Source: an uncultured delta proteobacterium (GTDB lineage: Bacteria > Desulfobacterota > Syntrophobacteria > BM002). From it: 64,000 bases of DNA. Made by a program: the position numbers and the translations under genes. The stretch spans positions 1 through 64,000 of the forward strand of contig CAVQGX010000037.1 of the NCBI GenBank assembly GCA_963712115.1. Reading direction: 5' to 3'. The stretch's first letter is position 1; each line of letters starts with the position of its first letter. Below are positions 55,516 to 64,000 of this stretch, piece by piece. Under the pieces are notes generated by a model that saw nothing but the letters and a program-made list of their open reading frames with translations, was not told the DNA's origin and made no database searches.

Positions 55516-57984
55516 ATGAACGACTATGAAAAGCTCGGTGCTTTTTATCTCGGCAGGAACTATGATCTTGACCAAGGCAAGCTGCAAGAGAGCTTGGTCC
55601 TTTACGACTCCAAGGACCTCACTACCCATGGGGTCATCATCGGCATGACCGGCAGCGGCAAAACCGGCCTCGGCATCGCCCTTATTGAAGAGGCACTAAT
55701 TGACAGAATTCCTGTTATTGCCGTGGACCCTAAAGGAGACTTGCCCAATCTGCTGTTGAGTTTTCCCCAGCTGCGGGCTGAGGATTTCCGTCCCTGGGTG
55801 GATGAGCAGGATGCCATGCTCCAGGGGGTGACCCCGGATGAGTTTGCGGCTGAGCAAGCTAAAATCTGGCGAAGGGGGCTGGCGGAGTGGGGCCAGGAAC
55901 CTGAACGTATCGCCCGTCTTCGGGCCTCGGCCGATTTTGCCGTCTACACCCCAGGGAGCAATGCTGGTCTGCCGGTGAGCATTCTGCGGACTTTCGCCCC
56001 ACCGCCAGGTGCGATTCTCGAAGATAGCGATCTGTTGAGAGAACGCATTCAGACCACCACTACAGGACTGCTGGCGCTAATCGGCATTGAAGCAGACCCA
56101 CTAACTAGTCCTGAGCACATTCTGATTGCCAACATCCTGGAGTCAACCTGGTCAGAGGGCAGGGGGTTTGACCTGGCCGGGTTGATCCATGCTATTCAGA
56201 CTCCGCCCTTCGAAAGACTGGGGGTCATGGACTTGGACCTCTTCTTTCCTGCCAAAGAGCGATTCACCCTTGCCATGCGCTTGAACAGCCTGCTAGCCGC
56301 ACCAGGTTTTGAAAGCTGGCTTTCCGGCGAGCCTCTGGATATCAATCGCATGCTCTTCACTGACCAGGGCAAACCGAGGCTTTCGATATTTACTATTAAT
56401 CATCTTGCAGATGGTGAGCGGATGTTCTTCCTCTCCATACTGCTCAATGAAATACTGGGATGGATGCGGATGCAGCCCGGCACTTCCAGCCTGCGGGCTA
56501 TCTTGTACATAGATGAGATTTTTGGTTATTTCCCGCCGGTAAAGAATCCACCTTCCAAGGCACCGCTGCTGACCCTGTTGAAACAGGCCCGAGCCTTTGG
56601 ACTGGGGGTGGTGCTCTCCACTCAGAATCCGGTGGATCTTGACTACAAGGGACTGGCCAACACAGGCACCTGGTTCATTGGTCGCCTGCAGACCGATCAG
56701 GATAAAGAACGAGTTCTGGGTGGGCTCGAGGGAGCCTCTGCAGGTAGGGGCTTTAATCGGGGACAGGCTAGTAAGATCCTGGCAAAACTTGGTAAGCGTG
56801 TATTCCTGCTCCATAATGTACATGAAAACGAACCGGCTATCTTTCAGAGTCGCTGGGTGCTTTCTTATTTGCGGGGACCTATGACCCGTGAGCAAATCAA
56901 ACTGCTTGTGGCCGCCCGCAAAGAGAGGGAATCGGCCATTATGCCACCTGTGGTTGCAGGTCAACCCACAGCGGCCGCTGCTGCCTCCCGGGCTAAAGAA
57001 ATAACCGCTCTGTCCCCATTGGCATCACAACCACCGGTGTTGCCTGCTGAGATAGAGGTTTTTTACCTGGCACCATCAGGATCCGGCCATGGTCTCCTCT
57101 ACTATCCCTCGGTGATTGGCCAGGCAGAGGTTCACTACAGCAGTGCCAAATATGAGGTGGATGAAACCAGGACCATGGCCGTTGCTGTCCAGCTCGAAGA
57201 GGGGCCCATAGCCCTCGAATGGGACAATGGAGTAGAATTCGAACTGGAGGACTTGCAAACCGCCCCTGTGGTGGGGGCAGAGTTTGCTGATTTGCCGGCG
57301 GAGGCCAATGAGGTAAAGTCCTACCGCAACTGGAATAGAGATTTCCTCCGATGGGTTCGGGTAAACCGACCGCTCACCCTCTATCGGTCCGAACGGTTTT
57401 CGCAGACAAGTGGGGTGAACGAAACTGAAGGTGAGTTCCGTGCCCGGCTCTCACAGGTGGCCCGTGAAAAGCGGGACCTGGAAATCGAAAAGCTGCGCCG
57501 GAAATACAGTCCAAAGTTCACCAGCTTGAACGATCGACTGAGGAGGGCCGAGCAAGCCATAGCCCGGGAGGAGGAGCAAGCCAAATCCAAGACTTTGGCC
57601 ACGGCCATTTCTTTTGGCACGGCAATTCTGGGTGCCTTCTTGGGGCGCAAAACCGTCAGCGCCACATCAGCCTCGCGCATGGGAACGGCGATGAAGTCGG
57701 CTGGCCGGCTAGGGAAGGAAAAGATGGATGTGGCCCGAGCCCGGGAAACAGCTGAAGCTATAAGGGAACAACTGAACCAACTTGAACTGCAACTTCAGGG
57801 GGATATTCAAAACCTGGAGGGGGCGTACGACCCGGCCTCGGAAGAGCTCAAGGAAATCAAGGTGAATCCCAAGACCACCGATATGAGCCTTAGACTATTC
57901 GGCCTGGGCTGGCTGCCTTACCGCAAAGAGGTGGACGGCGGCTTGGGTCCCGACTACCGCTTGAAATCCACCATACGAATCTGA
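55516..57984 (+). CDS. HerA/FtsK-like P-loop ATPase
   Basis: TTHG...GMTGSGKT, VDPKGD, YIDE, ARAFG...STQNP; C-terminal coiled coil. Confidence 0.85.
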   Translation: MNDYEKLGAFYLGRNYDLDQGKLQESLVLYDSKDLTTHGVIIGMTGSGKTGLGIALIEEALIDRIPVIAVDPKGDLPNLLLSFPQLRAEDFRPWVDEQDAMLQGVTPDEFAAEQAKIWRRGLAEWGQEPERIARLRASADFAVYTPGSNAGLPVSILRTFAPPPGAILEDSDLLRERIQTTTTGLLALIGIEADPLTSPEHILIANILESTWSEGRGFDLAGLIHAIQTPPFERLGVMDLDLFFPAKERFTLAMRLNSLLAAPGFESWLSGEPLDINRMLFTDQGKPRLSIFTINHLADGERMFFLSILLNEILGWMRMQPGTSSLRAILYIDEIFGYFPPVKNPPSKAPLLTLLKQARAFGLGVVLSTQNPVDLDYKGLANTGTWFIGRLQTDQDKERVLGGLEGASAGRGFNRGQASKILAKLGKRVFLLHNVHENEPAIFQSRWVLSYLRGPMTREQIKLLVAARKERESAIMPPVVAGQPTAAAAASRAKEITALSPLASQPPVLPAEIEVFYLAPSGSGHGLLYYPSVIGQAEVHYSSAKYEVDETRTMAVAVQLEEGPIALEWDNGVEFELEDLQTAPVVGAEFADLPAEANEVKSYRNWNRDFLRWVRVNRPLTLYRSERFSQTSGVNETEGEFRARLSQVAREKRDLEIEKLRRKYSPKFTSLNDRLRRAEQAIAREEEQAKSKTLATAISFGTAILGAFLGRKTVSATSASRMGTAMKSAGRLGKEKMDVARARETAEAIREQLNQLELQLQGDIQNLEGAYDPASEELKEIKVNPKTTDMSLRLFGLGWLPYRKEVDGGLGPDYRLKSTIRI

Positions 57985-58338
57985 TATGTTCCTCTGCGGC
58001 TTGGATCCACTCAGGAGCCAATTTCAAAGGTGGTTCATCCGGTATTTGCTTGAATGCGAGGATGTAAGAGGTGGATGAGACAGGGGAAGGTCCTCGACAA
58101 AGGTGCATATTCGCATCTATGGGATTCCCGGCTCTTGGTCCTTTAAAACAGTTATCGCCGACGCAGACGAAGGGCATTCCAGGCTGCCAAAGCAAAACAC
58201 CGGCGGCTCAGATGCACTTTCCCTCGGACCTCCCCCTGTCCCAGTATAGCCACACTATCATTGGCCAAAATATGGTCATCCAAGCAGATCCCGGGTGAAC
58301 CTCAAGAGCAACCTTTTGGCTAAGAAAGAGATGCTACT

Positions 58339-58968
58339 ATGTTGAGAAGATGGTATCTAGCTGCAGCCATGATCATGCTGGCCAGTCTGATGGTCACTCC
58401 CACGGCATTTACTGAGGAGTCCGCCCGAGAGTTTAGAAAAGAGAACGGGCTCCTGGCCTACACTCCCCCCGCCTGGTTTCTAGAGGGTCACTTCATTGCC
58501 CGGGAAAAGAATCCAGCTTACGTTTTCGGGCGGGTGCAGGATTTCGTTCTGGCTGTGGGCGGCAAAACAACCTGGTTGATCGAGGACGCGGAATTAAAGC
58601 GGGTTGAGCAGGCCTCCGTAGAAGGGGAGAGCCCTGAATATTCCTTGTTTCTGGAGTCTGTTTCACCTGAGCGCACGGAATATTGGGTTTTTGTGGTGCT
58701 GCCTCATGAAAGCGCCCAAGCTTGGTTCGACGCCAGGCGGGCATATCATGGAAGAAAGGCTGAGGATTATTACGGAAAAACCCAAAGTGAGCTCGAGTCC
58801 GCCCTTAGCCAAGGCCTTAAAATTAAAGCTGAGCTTCGCTTTTTCATAGAGAAAGGAGAGATCAGCCTAGAGTGCCCCGAGGACGAGATCATGAAGAGAT
58901 ACAATTTCCAGCCGGTTTTTGACCTCAGCGGTGGTCGCTGGTTGGGTTCGGCTGCCAAGACCAAGTAG
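58339..58968 (+). CDS. Hypothetical exported protein
   Basis: Signal peptide; no family recognised. Confidence 0.7.
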   Translation: MLRRWYLAAAMIMLASLMVTPTAFTEESAREFRKENGLLAYTPPAWFLEGHFIAREKNPAYVFGRVQDFVLAVGGKTTWLIEDAELKRVEQASVEGESPEYSLFLESVSPERTEYWVFVVLPHESAQAWFDARRAYHGRKAEDYYGKTQSELESALSQGLKIKAELRFFIEKGEISLECPEDEIMKRYNFQPVFDLSGGRWLGSAAKTK

Positions 58969-58990
58969 ACGGGTTAAGGAGGTATGAATC

Positions 58991-60223
58991 ATGTCATCCC
59001 AGAGGGATAATAGTGGAAAACCTAATCGCCGCGACTTCTTCAAGCAGGCTGCAGCCATCGGATTGGGGGCCACGGTGGGAGGATCCTCTTTCTTGCGGCC
59101 CCACCAGGCTTCGGCCCAGATCACCATTCCCAAGGAACCCATGCCCCGCAGACCCTTTGGCCGCTCGTCCATAATGGTCTCCACCCTTTCACTGGGCGGG
59201 ATGTTCGACATTCTCAACAACCGGTTGATGCTCGCCAAGGCTCTTGATTGGGGGATCAACTACTGGGACACAGCGGAGGGCTACGGCCGGGGCCGCAGCG
59301 AAGAGGGCATCGGTCGCTGGTTCGCCCGCAATCCCCATACCCGCAAGCAAGTTTTTCTGGTAACCAAACTTTCCACAAGAAGAGGTGGTGAGTTTACCGG
59401 CCGGCTGGAGGAGAGTCTCAAAAGGCTGCACACTGATTACGTGGATCTATTCTTTGTCCATGGAATAAGTGGCATAGGTGAGATGGAATCCAGTCTGGAA
59501 TCCTGGGCACAAGCCATGAAAAAGAGTGGTAAGATAAGGTTGTTCGGCTTCAGCACCCATTCCAACATGGAAGAGTGCCTGGAGGGAGCAGCCAAGCTTC
59601 CATGGATAGACGGCATCATGTTTACTTACAATTATCGCCTGATGCACGAGCCCCGCATGAAAGAGGCTGTTGAGGCCTGTTACCGAGCCGGTATCGGTCT
59701 AACGGCCATGAAGACCCAGGGCGGCGGCCCGGTCAAAAGCGACAGTGAGTCTGAGATTGAAATGGCGGGCCGCTTTATGCAAAAAGGATTTTCAGACAAT
59801 CAGGCAAAGCTCATGGCTGTCTGGCAAGATAAGCGTATCGCCAGCATCTGTTCGCAAATGCCCAATCTCACCATCATGGCCACAAACGCAGCGGCGGCAG
59901 TGGAACAAACCCGCCTGTCAAAGTCAGATCGCCTCTTCCTGGCCAAATACGCCGAGGAAACCTGCGGTGACTATTGCGCCGGATGCGAGCGTCTCTGTTC
60001 AGAAGTGCTTGCCCAAAGGGTGCCAATCAGCGATGTCATGCGCTGCCTTATGTACTTCCATTCCTACCAGGATCTCGGCTTGGCACGTGCCACCTTCCAA
60101 AGTTTGCCGACTCAGACAAAAGAGCTTTTGACCCAGGTGGATTTCAGCAAGGCAGAAAGGTCTTGCCCCCGAAACTTGAAAATCGGAAAACTGATGCGAG
60201 AGGCTGCGACTCTATTTGTCTGA
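58991..60223 (+). CDS. Tat-exported aldo/keto reductase with Fe-S C-terminus
   Basis: NRRDFFK Tat motif; DTAEGYG, SLKRL.TDYVD, C-x3-CxxC-x3-C cluster. Confidence 0.9.
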   Translation: MSSQRDNSGKPNRRDFFKQAAAIGLGATVGGSSFLRPHQASAQITIPKEPMPRRPFGRSSIMVSTLSLGGMFDILNNRLMLAKALDWGINYWDTAEGYGRGRSEEGIGRWFARNPHTRKQVFLVTKLSTRRGGEFTGRLEESLKRLHTDYVDLFFVHGISGIGEMESSLESWAQAMKKSGKIRLFGFSTHSNMEECLEGAAKLPWIDGIMFTYNYRLMHEPRMKEAVEACYRAGIGLTAMKTQGGGPVKSDSESEIEMAGRFMQKGFSDNQAKLMAVWQDKRIASICSQMPNLTIMATNAAAAVEQTRLSKSDRLFLAKYAEETCGDYCAGCERLCSEVLAQRVPISDVMRCLMYFHSYQDLGLARATFQSLPTQTKELLTQVDFSKAERSCPRNLKIGKLMREAATLFV

Positions 60224-60266
60224 CCTAGCCCGGATAGTGAAGAGCAATTCCAAATCACAAAGACTA

Positions 60267-60337
60267 AGGTTTCAGTGTTCAGGTTTCAGGTTTTACTCTT
60301 GCTTTTTCTTTTTCCTGACACCTGACACCTGAAACCT
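60267..60337. repeat. Palindrome built from heptamer micro-repeats
   Basis: AGGTTTCAGTGTTCAGGTTTCAGG...CCTGACACCTGACACCTGAAACCT. Confidence 0.75.
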
Positions 60338-60391
60338 CAGTACCAAAGGACCAGGTTTTCTCTGATTAAATAGATTAAGCGGGGTGGCTCG

Positions 60392-61354
60392 GTGGTTCTT
60401 ACCTTTCTGGCAATCTGCATGGGCATAGCATTGCTGGCCTTTGGCGCTAACCGCTTTGTGGGGGCAGCAGCATCTCTTGCGAGACGCTTAGGGGTCTCAC
60501 CACTATTTGTCGGTCTGACCATAGTGTCAGCGGGGACTTCTTTTCCCGAGCTCTTAGTTAGCACCACAGCGGTGCTGAGCGGCCATTCTGCAATGGCTCT
60601 GGGTAACGTACTAGGAAGTAATATCGCTAATGTATTTCTTGTTCTCGGGCTCTCGTCTCTTTTGCATCCGGTAAAAGTGGATGCACAGGTTATCGGCAGA
60701 GACTACTCGGCACTGCTTCTGGCCACAGTAATAGCATGGCTCATGGCCAGCAACGGAGTGTTAGGCCGCTTGGAAGGTGTGGTTCTCCTTGCAGGTCTCA
60801 TAGCATATTATGGCGTTACCCTCAGATCAGCCGGAGCAGGTGGAGACTGGAAATTAAGTGGTGCAACGAGTAAGGATGGCCATCTGCCCACACAGTCTCT
60901 CTATGGTCTCGTCGTCCGATTAGTTGCCAGCCTTGTTCTGCTGCTCGTTGGAAGTCGCTTGCTAGTCTGGGGTGGCGTAGGGCTCGCCCGAGCAATGGGT
61001 GTCAGTGAGCTGGTCATCGGCCTGACCCTGGTAGCAGTGGGAACCAGTCTTCCAGAATTGGCCACCACTCTAACTGGGATCATTAAGAAGCAAGACGCGA
61101 TTGCTCTGGGAAATGTGGTTGGTTCCAACATGTTCAATACCTTGGCCATACTTGGTACTATCTCGGTGCTGAGTCCTCTGCCAATTACTTCCGAGAACTC
61201 TACTCGTGATTTCCCAGTGACGCTTCTGGCTTCCCTGGTTCTCTGGCCTATTTCCTGGTCTCGACGAAAAGGGCGTGGACGGGTGAATCGTTTCGAGGGT
61301 GGAATTCTCTTGGGGTTGTACGGAGCCTATCTGTACTTGCTGGCAGGCAGATAG
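60392..61354 (+). CDS. Calcium/sodium antiporter (YrbG-like, CaCA)
   Basis: Two GTSxPE...GN..GSN alpha repeats. Confidence 0.92.
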   Translation: MVLTFLAICMGIALLAFGANRFVGAAASLARRLGVSPLFVGLTIVSAGTSFPELLVSTTAVLSGHSAMALGNVLGSNIANVFLVLGLSSLLHPVKVDAQVIGRDYSALLLATVIAWLMASNGVLGRLEGVVLLAGLIAYYGVTLRSAGAGGDWKLSGATSKDGHLPTQSLYGLVVRLVASLVLLLVGSRLLVWGGVGLARAMGVSELVIGLTLVAVGTSLPELATTLTGIIKKQDAIALGNVVGSNMFNTLAILGTISVLSPLPITSENSTRDFPVTLLASLVLWPISWSRRKGRGRVNRFEGGILLGLYGAYLYLLAGR

Positions 61355-61451
61355 TTGAAATTTGTTTACTCTCTCTTAACTTTTGACATTGCAGCGGATA
61401 GGATAGATGAAAATTTGGCAAAGAGATATCCAACTTTGAGAGGATGAGAAA

Positions 61452-62831
61452 ATGCTCGAGAGTCTGGACCCGGTTTTACTGGCACGAATACAGTTTACCT
61501 TTACCATTGCATTCCACATTATCTTCCCAGCCTTTACCATCGGCCTTGCCAGCTGGTTGGCCGTGGTCGAGTGGCGCTGGCTGAAGACCGGCAACGATAT
61601 CTATCAAGAAGTTTACCGCATGTGGGTAAAAATATTTGCGGTGACCTTCGGCATGGGAGTGGTGTCAGGCGTGGTTATGTCATTCCAGTTCGGCACCAAC
61701 TGGTCCGTATTCTCAGATAAGGTGGGTAATATTTTTGGACCGTTGCTGGGCTTTGAGGTGCTGACGGCTTTTTTCCTGGAGGCTTCTTTCCTCGGCATCA
61801 TGCTCTTTGGTTGGAATCGGGTGAGCCGTAAGATGCACTTTGCCTCAACCATAATAGTGGCAAGTGGCACCCTCATATCAGCCTTCTGGATCCTGTCGGC
61901 CAATAGCTGGATGCAGACGCCACAAGGTTTCCGTCTCGGCGAACATGGTCTGCTCTATCCCACCAACTGGTGGCAAATCATATTCAATCCTTCTTTCCCC
62001 TATCGTTTCATGCACATGGTCACTGCTGCCTACCTGACTACGGCCTTTGTCGTTGGTGGCGTTGGTGCTTATTATCTATGGCGTAAGCTTCATGTAAGCC
62101 ATGCCAGGGTGATGTTCGGTATGGCAATGATTATGGCGATTTTTGTGGCCCCCTTTCAGCTGGTGCTTGGAGACTTACACGGGCTGAACACCCTTAAACA
62201 TCAGCCTGCTAAGGTATCTGCCATGGAAGGTATCTGGGAAACTGAGCGCGGCGCCGCCTTGAAGCTCTTTGGCTGGCCCGATCAACAGGAAGAAAAGACA
62301 AAATATGCAATTGAAATTCCTAAGTTGTCCAGCTTGATCCTCACCCACGATCTCGATGGTGAAGTGAAAGGTCTTAAAGAGTGGCCCAAAGAAGAGCGCC
62401 CCCCGGTGGCCTGGGTGTTCTGGTCATTTCGTCTGATGGTTGGCGTTGGTTTGTTGATGATATTGACCGGGGTTATGGCTGCCATTCTTTATTTTCGCAA
62501 AAAACTCTTTGACACGCCGTGGTTCCAATTTTGGTGCATGGCCCTTACGCCAGCAGGTTTCATCGCCGTCATCACCGGATGGTGCGTTACTGAAATCGGC
62601 CGGCAGCCTTATGTGGCCTATGGAGTTATTCGCACCGCGGAATCAGTCTCACCGGTACCTGGCCCACACATCGCCTTGTCTCTACTGGCATTCATCATCA
62701 CCTACATCTTTATATTCGGGGCAGGCAGTTATTACATTTTGCGACTTATTGCAAAAGGTCCCTCTACCGAGGAAGAAGCTTATGGTGACCATGGCGTAGA
62801 TGAACCGCCCCTGGTAACTGATCTGGTATGA
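61452..62831 (+). CDS. cydA: Cytochrome bd oxidase subunit I
   Basis: ARIQF...HIIFP, FQFGTNW, FFLEA, HQPAK...E, EIGRQP. Confidence 0.95.
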   Translation: MLESLDPVLLARIQFTFTIAFHIIFPAFTIGLASWLAVVEWRWLKTGNDIYQEVYRMWVKIFAVTFGMGVVSGVVMSFQFGTNWSVFSDKVGNIFGPLLGFEVLTAFFLEASFLGIMLFGWNRVSRKMHFASTIIVASGTLISAFWILSANSWMQTPQGFRLGEHGLLYPTNWWQIIFNPSFPYRFMHMVTAAYLTTAFVVGGVGAYYLWRKLHVSHARVMFGMAMIMAIFVAPFQLVLGDLHGLNTLKHQPAKVSAMEGIWETERGAALKLFGWPDQQEEKTKYAIEIPKLSSLILTHDLDGEVKGLKEWPKEERPPVAWVFWSFRLMVGVGLLMILTGVMAAILYFRKKLFDTPWFQFWCMALTPAGFIAVITGWCVTEIGRQPYVAYGVIRTAESVSPVPGPHIALSLLAFIITYIFIFGAGSYYILRLIAKGPSTEEEAYGDHGVDEPPLVTDLV

Positions 62832-62847
62832 GAAACAGGAGAAGAAC

Positions 62848-63867
62848 ATGTTTAGTTTTGCCAGCTTTTTGAACTTGCCCATTGTCTGGTTTGGGCTGAT
62901 TGCAACGGCCGTCCTCCTGTACGTGCTGCTGGATGGATTTGATCTTGGTGTTGGTATTCTCTTTCCTTTTGCCCCTTCTGATCAGTGCCGTGATCGGATG
63001 ATGAACTCAATTGCTCCTTTTTGGGACGGCAATGAGACTTGGCTGGTCCTTGGCGGTGGCGGCCTGTTTGCAGCCTTTCCTCTGGCATACGCTGTCTTGA
63101 TGCCGGCTCTCTACGTCCCGGTGATCCTCATGCTCCTCGGCCTGATTTTTCGGGGGGTTGCCTTTGAGTTCCGCTTCAAAGCAACGGGCAAATCCAGGAG
63201 GATATGGGATTATTCTTTCCACTTTGGTTCCCTGGTTGCAGCCTTTATGCAGGGGATGTTTCTCGGTGGTTTGGTGCAGGGGGTCCAGGTCGATGGCCGG
63301 AACTTTGCCGGTGGCCCTTTTGATTGGCTGAATGGTTTCAGTGTAATGACGGGCTTTGCCCTGGTGTGTGGCTACGGTTTGCTGGGCGCTACCTGGGTGG
63401 TGATGAAAACCGATGATACCACCCAGGAGTGGGCGCGAAAGTGCGCCAATTATTTACTGTTCTACGTTGCTTTGTTCATGGGGTTGGTTAGTTTGATCAT
63501 GCCTTACATCAATGCGGATGTGAAAAGGTTGTGGTTTAGTTCGCCTAATTTCTTCATGCTCTTGCCAATACCCCTGCTGACCCTTGCCATGTTTGTAACA
63601 ATCTGGCGTGATTTGCATAAGCAAAGGGAATACCGGCCTTTCTTACTGAGCGTTGGACTTTTTATTATGGGATACATCGGTTTGGCCGTCAGTCTGTGGC
63701 CTTATGTAGTACCCTTTGACATCACCATCTGGCAGGCGGCAGCAGCACCGGAATCTCAATCTTTACTTTTGGTGGGAACAGTCCTCATGTTACCCGTGGT
63801 ACTCGGATACGTAGGCTACAGTTACTACATATTCAGGGGAAAAGCATCCCATGAGACCACTTACTAA
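62848..63867 (+). CDS. cydB: Cytochrome bd oxidase subunit II
   Basis: LDGFDLG, PFWDGNETWLV, RGVAFEFR. Confidence 0.95.
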   Translation: MFSFASFLNLPIVWFGLIATAVLLYVLLDGFDLGVGILFPFAPSDQCRDRMMNSIAPFWDGNETWLVLGGGGLFAAFPLAYAVLMPALYVPVILMLLGLIFRGVAFEFRFKATGKSRRIWDYSFHFGSLVAAFMQGMFLGGLVQGVQVDGRNFAGGPFDWLNGFSVMTGFALVCGYGLLGATWVVMKTDDTTQEWARKCANYLLFYVALFMGLVSLIMPYINADVKRLWFSSPNFFMLLPIPLLTLAMFVTIWRDLHKQREYRPFLLSVGLFIMGYIGLAVSLWPYVVPFDITIWQAAAAPESQSLLLVGTVLMLPVVLGYVGYSYYIFRGKASHETTY

Positions 63868-63970
63868 AAAGCAGCAGCAATGGCTATGGTTTTTAGCACT
63901 TTGGTGCGGCGGTTTGGCAGCTGCAGCACTGCTGGCCTATTTGGTCCGGTTGGTCATGGGTATTGGCTAA
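63851..63970 (+). CDS. Small membrane protein after cydB (DUF2474-like, 39 aa)
   Basis: MRPLTKKQQQWLWFLALWCGGLAAAALLAYLVRLVMGIG*, overlaps the cydB end; below the ORF-track cutoff. Confidence 0.7.
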   Translation: MRPLTKKQQQWLWFLALWCGGLAAAALLAYLVRLVMGIG

Positions 63971-64000
63971 AATTAAGGCTCTTGCGGAATTTGCTTGGAT

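Overview
A 64-kb chromosomal window from a probable Desulfobacterota/deltaproteobacterial genome (inferred from gene content). No phage, CRISPR array or intact transposase was seen. Housekeeping genes include mtaB, mnmA, fumC, a Trk/Ktr K+ uptake pair, an MltD-like transglycosylase, a UbiB-family kinase, purF, ino1, trehalose genes, cydAB and tRNA-Arg(TCT). The strongest observations are: (1) a fluoride riboswitch leading a dynamin-like GTPase plus an NHA2-type antiporter; (2) an OmcS-like hexaheme cytochrome lacking the inter-subunit heme-ligand His; (3) about 15 sigma-54 (-24/-12) promoter candidates in front of stand-alone PilZ paralogues (nine in the window), small Cys-rich proteins and at least three candidate structured small RNAs, with a triple-palindrome enhancer repeated in identical geometry at two loci; (4) short palindromic repeat elements inserted into one another, some without target duplication. 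All assignments come from reading motifs by eye and recalled family consensus; no searches or folding programs were run.
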